Of a stretch of DNA of 32,528 bases, positions 15,309-23,232 are shown one piece after another. The notes under the pieces were generated by a model. It had not been told where the DNA came from, did no database searches, and worked only from the letters and a program-made list of their open reading frames with translations. Position 1 is the first letter of the stretch; the number at the start of each line of letters is the position of its first letter. The position numbers and the translations under genes were made by a program. This DNA comes from Anaerolineales bacterium (GTDB taxonomy: Bacteria > Chloroflexota > Anaerolineae > B4-G1 > DUEL01), in contig DQUX01000240.1 in the NCBI GenBank assembly GCA_015662065.1, forward strand, positions 1-32,528, written 5' to 3'.

Positions 15309-16481
15309 ATGCCACACTTTCGCACCGAGGCGGAGAGGCTACGGGATCGACTGATCGCCTGGCGGCGGGATTTCCACATGCACCCAGAGCTGGCCTTCGA
15401 GGAGCAGCGGACCGCCGGGATCGTCGTCGAGCACCTGGAACGGCTGGGGTACCGGGTGAGGAGGGGAATCGCAAAGACGGGCGTGATCGGCGTCCTGGAG
15501 GGAGGCAGGCCCGGCCCGGTGGTGATGTTTCGCTTCGATATGGATGGGCTGCCGGTCACCGAGGAGACCGGGGCCGAGTACGCTTCCCGGGTGCCGGGAC
15601 GGATGCACGCCTGCGGCCACGACGGCCACGTGGCTCTGGGAATGGGGCTGGCGGAACTGCTGGCTGCTCGACGAGAAGAGATGGCCGGCACAGCCGCGCT
15701 GCTCTTCCAGCCCGCCGAGGAGGGGGGCAATGGGGCCGAAGTGATGGTCCAGGAGGGGGCGCTGGAGAACCCCCGACCCGACGTCTTCCTGGCCACCCAC
15801 GTCTGGATCGAGAAGCCGGTGGGGACGGTGGACGTGAGCCCCGGCCCGGTGATGGCGGCGGCGGAGAAGTGGACCTGCACCATCCACGGGCAGGGCGGCC
15901 ACGGCGCCCTCCCTCAGCAGGCAGTGGACCCCATCGTGGCCGCCGCCTATGTGGTGACCGGTCTGCAGACGGTGGTGAGCCGCAACGTGAACCCGCTGGA
16001 CACGGCGGTGGTGAGCGTCGGATCGATCCACGGGGGCGATGCCTTCAACGTTATCCCTCCAGAGGTGCAAATGACCGGCACCATCCGCACCTACCAGCCG
16101 GCCACCCGAGAAACTGTCCTGCAGCGGGTGCGAGAGGTGATCGATGGGGTGGCGACCGCCTGCGGAGCCCACGCCGAGCTGGAGATCACCCCGCTCACCC
16201 CCCCTGTGATCAACGACCCGGAGGTCGTCGAAGTGGTCCGTCGGGCAGCGGAAGCGGTGGTCGGTCCGGAGCAGGTTGGGTCCGGCGAGCGGACGATGGG
16301 CAGCGAGGACGCCGCGTTCTTTATGGAAGAGGTGCCGGGATGCTATTTCTTCCTGGGCGCGGCCAACGCCGAGAGAGGACTGACCGCCCCCCACCATAAC
16401 CCCCGCTTCGACTTCGACGAGGAATCGCTGGTGCTGGGGCTGACGATCCTGGCTGAGGCGGCGGGGGCATACCTGCTGTGA
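15309..16481 (+). CDS. M20D-family amidohydrolase (N-acyl-amino-acid amidohydrolase / hippurate hydrolase-like)
   Basis: 390 aa from the ATG at 15309, after AAGGAGG. Motifs FHMHPELAFEE and HACGHDGH, with a typical dimerisation-domain insert. The track ORF start at 15228 adds 27 non-homologous codons. Confidence 0.9.
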   Translation: MPHFRTEAERLRDRLIAWRRDFHMHPELAFEEQRTAGIVVEHLERLGYRVRRGIAKTGVIGVLEGGRPGPVVMFRFDMDGLPVTEETGAEYASRVPGRMHACGHDGHVALGMGLAELLAARREEMAGTAALLFQPAEEGGNGAEVMVQEGALENPRPDVFLATHVWIEKPVGTVDVSPGPVMAAAEKWTCTIHGQGGHGALPQQAVDPIVAAAYVVTGLQTVVSRNVNPLDTAVVSVGSIHGGDAFNVIPPEVQMTGTIRTYQPATRETVLQRVREVIDGVATACGAHAELEITPLTPPVINDPEVVEVVRRAAEAVVGPEQVGSGERTMGSEDAAFFMEEVPGCYFFLGAANAERGLTAPHHNPRFDFDEESLVLGLTILAEAAGAYLL

Positions 16482-19400
16482 GCTCGATCTCTCCAACCAC
16501 CACGTGGTCGGCCACGGGGGCCCCTCCCTCGCCCACCACCGGCAGTCGCTCCATCGTCGCCAACAGGTAGACGCCGACGATGACCCGGTACCGGCCCGGC
16601 GGGGCCTCTGGCGCGAGGAGGACCTGGTAGGGGTCGGTGATCTCCTGGCCTGGCTTCCACTGAGAAGTGGGTAGGGTCCCCTGCACCGGCCAGCTATCCA
16701 CCTGGCCGTGCAGCCGCCCATCCGGCCCCAGGAGCTGGACGGTGACGGTGTAGTCCTCCTCCATCATCCGTAGCGCTCGCCACCGCAGCGTGACGGGTAG
16801 GACTTCCCCCGGACGAAGCCGCTCCGCCCCCACCGCCGCCGCCACCAGCAGCATGCGACCGTCGAAATCGGCCAGCCCCCCCGGGCTGGGTCCCACCTCC
16901 ACGGCCGCCAGCACGCAACCATCGGTCGGGCGGGCCAACCAGCGACAGCGGGCCCCCCACCCCCTACACCCTACCCGCAGACGATAGGTCCCAGGTACGT
17001 CGGGGGCCGCCAGCCACACCCGGCTCCATGCCACCCCCGGCGCGACCCATCCCTCCGCTCTGCCCACGGCCTGTCCGGCCTCGTCTACCCATTCCAGACG
17101 CACCGCCCCCCCGTCCTCCACGCCCGCCCACGCCAGGTCCACCGCCACCGGGGAGCCGGCGGGGACCGCGGCTGGCAGGTCGTACCCCATCAGCCACGCC
17201 TTCTCCAGGAGTATCTGCACCCGGTGCGGGAGCTCGCCCCCCGGCTCCCCTCCCTCCACCTCCACCTGCGCCAGCCCCCACCAGATATCTCCTCCGTCGG
17301 CAGCCACCCCCTGCTCGGAGAACCGGGGGAAGAGGGCCACCTCCAGGCTGTAGCTCCCCGGCGGAAGCCAGGGGGGGATCGGCACCGGATGGTAGTCGGC
17401 CACCACCGCGCCGGGCGGCCAGCCGTTGGTGGGGTAGTGCCTCCCCACCGGTCGGACGCCGTCGGAGACCCAGGCCACCTCCCCGGCCCCATCCACCAGC
17501 CGTAGCCGCACCTCCAGGTCCTCCCGAGGGACGGCCGCCGCCCGCCAATAGAGAGTCAGGTGATAAAGGGAACGACCCTGGGGGTCCAGTTCCAGATCGA
17601 AGGCCATCAGCTCCACCGGCCCAAGGGTCGCTCCCGCCGTCTCCGCCCCCGGCGGCGGCTCCGCCCGCGGCTCCGTCCCCACCTCCACCAGCGGCCCCAG
17701 CGAGCGGAGGTGGAAGCTCTCCAGGTGGGGCAGGTAGCGGGCCAGGTAGACCGTCTGCCCGGCCGCCAGCCGGGCCGCCAGGTCGGCCCGGTACTCCTCC
17801 TCGGTGAAATGGACCACCAGGTCCAGGTCGGGCCGCAGCCCCTCAACCTGCTGGAGGTAGTAGAGGGGGGCGAACTTCTCCCCGTCGGCCAGGATCGCCG
17901 CGCCCGGCCTGATGGGCAGGCTCAACACGTACCGCCCCCACCGCTCCGCCTCCACCCGCCCGCTCTGATCAACCACCGGAAGATTGAGCCAGATCCGGCT
18001 GAGGGGGAGGAGGGCGAAGAGGGCGATCAGGCAGGAAGAGAGGAGCTTAACCCCGCCCCTGCCACCCTCTCCCCCTCTCCCGGTGGGAGAGGAGGAGGGG
18101 GAAGGGAGAAGGAGTGAGGTCGCCGCCCCTAACGCAGCCGTCCCCACCCCCACCCCCATCCACAGCGCCAGGATGAGGTGGGCTGGCAGCAGGAAGACGG
18201 AGATGTCCGGCACTAGGTAGATCAGCCCGTAAAAGGCATAGGCGAGGAAAGCCAGCCCGCTCACTAGCGCCAGCCGGGGCCGACGCGCCCCGAGCCAGCC
18301 CAGCCCCACCACCGCCAACATGACCCCCACCCAACCGAACGGCTCCAGCAGCATCCGTCCCACGATAGCGTACCGGGTGGGATCGCGCAGGAGCGCCGGT
18401 TGGAGCGCACCGCCGAACTGCTGCCCGGTCACGTAGGCGAGGAACTCCCCCGCCCTCATCCATCGCCCGTCGTGGAGGGCGGGCCAGCGGAGGGGGATGT
18501 AAGCGTAGAGAGACAAGCCCAACAGGAAGAGGAGCCCGCATCCCAACCACCCCCACCACTCCATCCGGGGGCGGGCGAGGAGGAGGATCAGCACCAGTGC
18601 CGGGAAGAGGAGCACCGTCGTCAGGTGGTTGGTGAGGGAGAGGCCCGAGAGGAGGGCCAGCCTCCACACCACCCGCCTCCCCCCCCTGCCCTCCAGTACC
18701 GTCGTCGCCAGCAACAGGAGCCCGGAGACAAAGAGGAGGTTCAGCGCGTAGACCTCCGCCACCACCGTCTGGGACCAGAAGACCCGGGAGAAAGCAAAGG
18801 CAAGAGCGACCAATAGCTGCGACGCACCCCCGACGTCCGTTGCTCTCCCCCTAACTCCCCCTTGGACGATGGCTCTGCGTCGTGCTCCTCCCGATAGGTG
18901 CGTCGCAGCGGCCCTGCCAGCCCGCCCGCCCGGACTGGCGGGCGAAGCGTTTTCACGCCGCCCCCCTTCCGGTGGGTGCATCACGGCGGCCGGATGTTTC
19001 CTTCTAAACGCAAAGAGGGCTCTTTTTATTCCCCTTCGCGGCCTTTGCGACCTTTGCGGTCGGGACGGTGGATCGTCGCCAGGGGCGAACACGCGTCCGA
19101 GAAGCTCATGGAAGAGAACCACCGCCCCCGTCCCAAAGACAGCCGAGGTCATATTCACCCGCCAAGCCACCGAGCCGAAGGGGAGCAGGGAGAAGAGCTT
19201 GCCCAGGAGGATGTAAAGGGGGTAGCCGGTGGGATGGGCGATCCCCAGCGCGGGGGCGACCACCTGGAACTCAAACGTGTCCGCCTCCCCCACCGCCTGC
19301 CCCATCGTCCGCAGGTAGAGGCCGAGGACGACCAGGGCCAGGAGGAGGACAGCCCACCTCCTGCCCGGCCCCCAGGCGAGAAAGAGGGTCAACCCCGCCC

Positions 19401-19671
19401 CCCCTGCCAGCAGCACCAGCCCCATCAGCGGGTCCGGCTGGGGGGAGAGCAGGTAAGCCAGCGGGAGGAGCAGCCCCACCCAAGCCCCGGCCCGGCGGGG
19501 GGCGAGCGCTCGCCAGAGAAGAAGCCCGACCCCACCTCCTGCCAGCGCCATCCCGCCCACGGCCAGAGGAGAGGAGAAGAGAGGGCGCAGGTAGAGGGCC
19601 TCGCCCAGGTAGCGGGCCAGGCCCAGGGACCAGAGGCAGGCAGCCAATATCCAGCGCAGCGCTTTGCTCAT
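16321..19671 (-). CDS. DUF2723 / TMEM260-like GT-C fold glycosyltransferase with three C-terminal beta-sandwich repeat modules
   Basis: 1116 aa from the ATG at 19671 (MSKALRWILAACLW...). Family motifs GEADTFEFQVVAPALGIAHPTGYPLYILLGKLF and FWSQTVVAEVYALNLLF, plus many TM helices. The C-terminal ~430 aa are three related modules (LTLYWRA...PTNGWPPG...PPGSYSL / ...PGTYRLRV / ...LPTSQWKPGQ...PPGRYRVIVGVY). The first 201 codons of the track ORF (to 20274) lie inside the PBP2 gene in another frame and are discarded. Confidence 0.8.
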   Translation of the reverse strand: MSKALRWILAACLWSLGLARYLGEALYLRPLFSSPLAVGGMALAGGGVGLLLWRALAPRRAGAWVGLLLPLAYLLSPQPDPLMGLVLLAGGAGLTLFLAWGPGRRWAVLLLALVVLGLYLRTMGQAVGEADTFEFQVVAPALGIAHPTGYPLYILLGKLFSLLPFGSVAWRVNMTSAVFGTGAVVLFHELLGRVFAPGDDPPSRPQRSQRPRRGIKRALFAFRRKHPAAVMHPPEGGRRENASPASPGGRAGRAAATHLSGGARRRAIVQGGVRGRATDVGGASQLLVALAFAFSRVFWSQTVVAEVYALNLLFVSGLLLLATTVLEGRGGRRVVWRLALLSGLSLTNHLTTVLLFPALVLILLLARPRMEWWGWLGCGLLFLLGLSLYAYIPLRWPALHDGRWMRAGEFLAYVTGQQFGGALQPALLRDPTRYAIVGRMLLEPFGWVGVMLAVVGLGWLGARRPRLALVSGLAFLAYAFYGLIYLVPDISVFLLPAHLILALWMGVGVGTAALGAATSLLLPSPSSSPTGRGGEGGRGGVKLLSSCLIALFALLPLSRIWLNLPVVDQSGRVEAERWGRYVLSLPIRPGAAILADGEKFAPLYYLQQVEGLRPDLDLVVHFTEEEYRADLAARLAAGQTVYLARYLPHLESFHLRSLGPLVEVGTEPRAEPPPGAETAGATLGPVELMAFDLELDPQGRSLYHLTLYWRAAAVPREDLEVRLRLVDGAGEVAWVSDGVRPVGRHYPTNGWPPGAVVADYHPVPIPPWLPPGSYSLEVALFPRFSEQGVAADGGDIWWGLAQVEVEGGEPGGELPHRVQILLEKAWLMGYDLPAAVPAGSPVAVDLAWAGVEDGGAVRLEWVDEAGQAVGRAEGWVAPGVAWSRVWLAAPDVPGTYRLRVGCRGWGARCRWLARPTDGCVLAAVEVGPSPGGLADFDGRMLLVAAAVGAERLRPGEVLPVTLRWRALRMMEEDYTVTVQLLGPDGRLHGQVDSWPVQGTLPTSQWKPGQEITDPYQVLLAPEAPPGRYRVIVGVYLLATMERLPVVGEGGAPVADHVVVGEIELTAGMPPPPQPGSSAPAPAIPRRSRSGGYGGGRSVLSRRWPRPGRNSIPAPLP
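18065..18101. repeat. REP-like 17-bp-stem hairpin inside the DUF2723 coding sequence
   Basis: ccctctccccctctccc-ggt-gggagaggaggaggggg. Of 17 stem positions, one is a mismatch and one is a G:U wobble. It translates as SPSSSPTGRGGEGGRGG between two TM helices. Confidence 0.7.
18816..18909. repeat. Perfect 13-bp inverted repeat with 68-nt spacer inside the DUF2723 coding sequence
   Basis: gctgcgacgcacc (18816-18828) and ggtgcgtcgcagc (18897-18909). A second 8-bp GC hairpin cgcccgcc-cggact-ggcgggcg follows at 18923-18944. Confidence 0.8.
19035..19061. repeat. Three tandem 9-mers TTYGCGRYC inside the DUF2723 coding sequence
   Basis: ttcgcggcc / tttgcgacc / tttgcggtc, next to an AT-rich stretch (ctctttttattcc). 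It translates on the minus strand as RPQ-RSQ-RPR. Confidence 0.8.
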
Positions 19672-19712
19672 CCGCGTCCCCGCTTCCCCGCGTCCCTGCG
19701 CCCCTGCGCCTC

Positions 19713-21758
19713 CTACGGCCTTGCAGCGGTCGACCGGCCGTGGAAGTACCAATCCAGCACCTCCTGAGCCACCGGCACCGCCGCCACCGACCCCTCCCCG
19801 CCATTGTAGATAAAGACGATCACAGCGATCTCGGGGGCCTCCACCGGGGCAAAGGCTATAAACCAGGCGTGGGTCGGCTGGGCCAGACCTGTCCCACAGA
19901 TCCCCATCTGCTGGGCGATGTCGTCGCAGAACTGGGCCGTGCCGGTCTTGCCCGCCACCCGCACCCCGTCCACCTGCCCCCGCGTCGCTGTCCCGTAGGC
20001 CACCGCGCCCTCCAACCCCTCGTGGATCAGGGTCCAGTTCTCTGGGGAGATGGGCAGGGTGCGGATGATCTCCGGCCGGAAGGGCTGTACCACGTTTCCC
20101 CCGGCATCGGTGATGTGATGGACGATCTGAGGCCGGTAGAGGATGCCGCCGTTGGCGGTGGCGGCCATCATGTTGAGCATCTGCAAGGGAGTGACCAGCA
20201 GATACCCCTGTCCAATGGACAGGTTGTAGGTGTCGCCTGTGGACCAGTTCTCGCCGATGGTGAGCCGCTTCCAACGGGCCGTGGGCACCAGGCCGGCGGC
20301 CTCCAAAGGGAGCTCGATCCCGGTCGGTTCCCCCAGCCCAAAGAGGCGGGCGTAGTCCGTCATCCGCTCCAGCCCCAACCCCTCGAAATCCGCCTCCTCA
20401 AGCCCCCCACCCACCTGATAGAAGAAGATGTCGCAGGAATGCGCCAGCCCGTGCACAATATCCAGCCATCCGTGACCGGAGCGGAGCCAGCAGTGAAAGG
20501 GCTGAGCACGACCCGGGTCGTTGGGATAGTACTTGTTGGGCACAACAATGGTTCCGGGACAATGCAACCGGGTGCGGGAGGTCAGCACCCCCTCCTGAAG
20601 CGCCGCGGCGGCGGGGATGATCTTGAAGATGGATCCCGGCGGCAGTTCGTCGAATACGGCGTGATTCAGCAGGGGGCGGTGCGGGTCATCCTGCAGCCGC
20701 TGGAGGACCTCGGGAGAGATGCCCTGAGCGAAGAGGTTGTTATCGTAGGTGGGCAGGCTGACCATCGCCAGGACCTCCCCTGTCTGCGGGTTCATAACGA
20801 TGACCACCCCCCGCCGGGAGTTGACGTTGGGACGGGTCATCCCCCGCCAGAGGGCGTCCTGGACCACCTGTTGTAGCTTCAGATCGATCGTCAGATAGAC
20901 GTTGTGGCCGGGCACCGGCGGCTGCTCCTCCCCCAGCACCCGCACCAGCCGCCCCACGACGTCCTCCTCCTGAAAGCGTTGCCCCGGCTTTCCCTTCAGC
21001 CAATCCTCGAAGGAGGCCTCGATCCCTGCGTAACCGATCCGGTCGGTCGTGGGATCGTACCCCTGGTCCGCGTAGGCCTCCGCCTCCGCCGCCGGGATCG
21101 CCCCCAAGTAGCCCACCAACTGGGCGACCAGCGAGCCGTAGGGGTACTGGCGGCGGGAGACAACCCCCACCCGAACACCGGGAAACGTGAGCCCCTCGCC
21201 CTGAGCGATGATCAACGCGATCTCTCGGTCCACCTTCCGGGCCACGACCAGCGGTTCGTAGGGGGCTATTCTCTCCGCCTTCTCCACCATCTCCCGAAGC
21301 CCTGGAGGAGCGTCGGGCTGGGGGAGCGAGCCGGTCAGACGGCGCTCCAGCCACCGGCCCGGGTTGGCGGAGGGGGCCGGCTCAGAGCGCGTGTAGGGCA
21401 GATCAAGCAGGGCGGCCAGCCGCCGCAGCACTGCCTCCCGCTCTAGATCCTCCTCCGGCAGCAGGGCGGGGATGACAGCCACCTGGAAAGCGGGGACATT
21501 GCGCACCAGCAACTCCCCGTCTCGGCCATAGATGAGCCCGCGGGGGGCCGGCAACCGCACCAGCCGGGCCCGCTGCTCCTGCGCCTGCGCCATCCAGTAG
21601 TCCGCCTCCCTCACCTGGAGCTGATACAGGCGGACTCCGAAGAGCCCCAGGACGGTCAGGAAGACACAGGCCAACAGGACCAGGCGGGGAGAGGCGATCA
21701 GGAGGGCGAGCCGTCGGGCCAGCCCGCGGGGCGGAAGCTGAGGAGCCCTAGGCGCCAT
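19713..21758 (-). CDS. mrdA: Penicillin-binding protein 2 (elongasome class B transpeptidase)
   Basis: 681 aa from the ATG at 21758; a TTG one codon upstream at 21761 is the alternative start. N-terminal TM anchor, then LYQLQV...YWMAQAQEQR, SxxK (SIFK) and KTG (GKTGTAQ). The start overlaps the mreD stop by 11 nt. Confidence 0.9.
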   Translation of the reverse strand: MAPRAPQLPPRGLARRLALLIASPRLVLLACVFLTVLGLFGVRLYQLQVREADYWMAQAQEQRARLVRLPAPRGLIYGRDGELLVRNVPAFQVAVIPALLPEEDLEREAVLRRLAALLDLPYTRSEPAPSANPGRWLERRLTGSLPQPDAPPGLREMVEKAERIAPYEPLVVARKVDREIALIIAQGEGLTFPGVRVGVVSRRQYPYGSLVAQLVGYLGAIPAAEAEAYADQGYDPTTDRIGYAGIEASFEDWLKGKPGQRFQEEDVVGRLVRVLGEEQPPVPGHNVYLTIDLKLQQVVQDALWRGMTRPNVNSRRGVVIVMNPQTGEVLAMVSLPTYDNNLFAQGISPEVLQRLQDDPHRPLLNHAVFDELPPGSIFKIIPAAAALQEGVLTSRTRLHCPGTIVVPNKYYPNDPGRAQPFHCWLRSGHGWLDIVHGLAHSCDIFFYQVGGGLEEADFEGLGLERMTDYARLFGLGEPTGIELPLEAAGLVPTARWKRLTIGENWSTGDTYNLSIGQGYLLVTPLQMLNMMAATANGGILYRPQIVHHITDAGGNVVQPFRPEIIRTLPISPENWTLIHEGLEGAVAYGTATRGQVDGVRVAGKTGTAQFCDDIAQQMGICGTGLAQPTHAWFIAFAPVEAPEIAVIVFIYNGGEGSVAAVPVAQEVLDWYFHGRSTAARP

Positions 21759-22221
21759 CAAACGTAAACCCCTCCGGCCGCGTGCGGCGGTCCAGCCAGC
21801 TCAGCGGCCAATGCACAAAGGGAGCCAGCACCGCGTTCAGGACCGCCGAGGGGGCGGCCACGTGGGATAGAGCGTATCGCCAGTCCACCGGGTGAGCCGA
21901 CCAACCTAAAATCAGCAGCAACACCAGGTGGTAGGCGAAGCAGGTGATCAGCACCAACAGAAACAACTGCAGGAAGGTGGAGCCCAACTCCCGTCCCCAC
22001 TGCTGGCCCACGAAGAGCGCCGCCAGCAGGAGGGAGAAGGTGATGGCACCGAAAGGCCCACCGGAGAAAAGATCGAGCAGGATGCCGCCGATGAAGGCCC
22101 AGACGGTGCCCTCGACCGAGCCGCGCAGGAAGGCCCACCCGGCCACGACCAGGAAGACCAGGTCGGGACGCCCTCCCAGGAGGGAGACTTGGGCCAGCCC
22201 CAGGTCCTGGACCAGGGCCAC
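21748..22221 (-). CDS. mreD: Rod shape-determining protein MreD (5' end uncertain, probably longer)
   Basis: 157 aa from the GTG at 22221 (RPDLVFLVVAGWAFLRG...GGILLDLFSG). The frame stays open upstream and encodes a further hydrophobic helix (WVILSLYVVLPLLTA), but with no ATG/GTG/TTG codon. Confidence 0.75.
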   Translation of the reverse strand: MALVQDLGLAQVSLLGGRPDLVFLVVAGWAFLRGSVEGTVWAFIGGILLDLFSGGPFGAITFSLLLAALFVGQQWGRELGSTFLQLFLLVLITCFAYHLVLLLILGWSAHPVDWRYALSHVAAPSAVLNAVLAPFVHWPLSWLDRRTRPEGFTFDGA

Positions 22222-22270
22222 CGCGGTCAGAAGCGGCAGGACGACGTACAGGCTGAGGATGACCCACCCC

Positions 22271-23191
22271 CTACGGCTGCTCGCCCGGCTCCGCCTCCTC
22301 CTGAACCAGGGGCTGGAAGGAGGCGATGATCAGCACCAACTCCACCCGTCGGTAGTCCACCGCCGGGCGCACCACCGCCTCCTGGTGGAGGGCGAAGTCC
22401 TGCTGCTGGACCTCGGCCACCTGCCCGACGACCAGCCCCCGGGGGAGGACGCCCCCCAGGCCGGAGGTGAGGACAACATCCCCCACCAGCACCTCGTCCT
22501 CCTGAGGGATGTAGATCATCCGCAGAGAGCCGTCGGGCCGACCACGGACCAGGCCGGTGGCGCGGGATTGCTGGAGGAGAGCGGCCACACCGCTGCCGGG
22601 GTCGCTGAGCAACTGCACCTTACTGGTGTGCGGGCCGACCTCGGCGATGCGCCCCACCAGGACCGCGCCGCCGGTCACTACGGGCATCCCCGCCGCCACC
22701 CCTTCCTCCGCGCCGGCGTTGACGGAGAGATAGTGCAGGTAGGGGTTGGGCTCCTGCCCCACCACATCGCCGCAGGGGGCGTTGAGACAGGCAGACCGCC
22801 CGACCACGTCGGCCCCCAGGAAGGCCCAGGTGGGGTTCTCGGCGGCGAAGTTGAGCAGGACGCGCAATTGGGCCGCCTCCGCCTCGAACTCCCGCAGGCG
22901 GACGTTCTCCACGGAGAGGGCATCCACTCGCTCCCGCAGCTCCTCCACCTCGGCGCGCAGCTCCCGCGCCTCCCGCACCGTCTGGAACAGGTCGCCCGCC
23001 CCCTCCACCAGCGCGGCCGCCCCCCGCTGGAGCGGGGCGACGACGATCTGAAGCGTGTTCTCGACCGGGGTCAGAACCCCGGTTTCGTGAAGGGCCAGAA
23101 GCAGGATGGCGAGAAGGAGGAAAAGCAAAGGCAGCCAGGAACGGTACGCTCCGCGTCTCACCGCACCTCCCAACGCGCGCCGCCGGTTCAC
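22271..23191 (-). CDS. mreC: Rod shape-determining protein MreC
   Basis: 306 aa: N-terminal TM (WLPLLFLLLAILLLAL), a coiled-coil (LRAEVEELRERVDALSVENVRLREFEAEAAQLR), then beta-barrel domains. GTG at 23191; an alternative GTG at 23161 has a better GGGAGG Shine-Dalgarno sequence. Confidence 0.85.
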   Translation of the reverse strand: MNRRRALGGAVRRGAYRSWLPLLFLLLAILLLALHETGVLTPVENTLQIVVAPLQRGAAALVEGAGDLFQTVREARELRAEVEELRERVDALSVENVRLREFEAEAAQLRVLLNFAAENPTWAFLGADVVGRSACLNAPCGDVVGQEPNPYLHYLSVNAGAEEGVAAGMPVVTGGAVLVGRIAEVGPHTSKVQLLSDPGSGVAALLQQSRATGLVRGRPDGSLRMIYIPQEDEVLVGDVVLTSGLGGVLPRGLVVGQVAEVQQQDFALHQEAVVRPAVDYRRVELVLIIASFQPLVQEEAEPGEQP

Positions 23192-23232
23192 GGCGGCGCG
23201 GCGGACGTTTGATGCCTGTGCCCTTGGCCGGA

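Noticed and set aside
15339-16721. 460-aa minus-strand ORF.
   Set aside because: It is antisense to the M20 amidohydrolase (HACGHDGH on the plus strand) and runs into the real DUF2723 gene in a different frame. No motifs.
19672-20876. N-terminal 201-codon extension of the 1317-aa minus ORF (to 20274), and the 602-aa plus ORF 19068..20876.
   Set aside because: Both overlap the PBP2 gene, or its antisense strand, in other frames and are compositionally junk. The DUF2723 protein begins sensibly at MSKALRW (ATG at 19671), 41 nt after the PBP2 stop.
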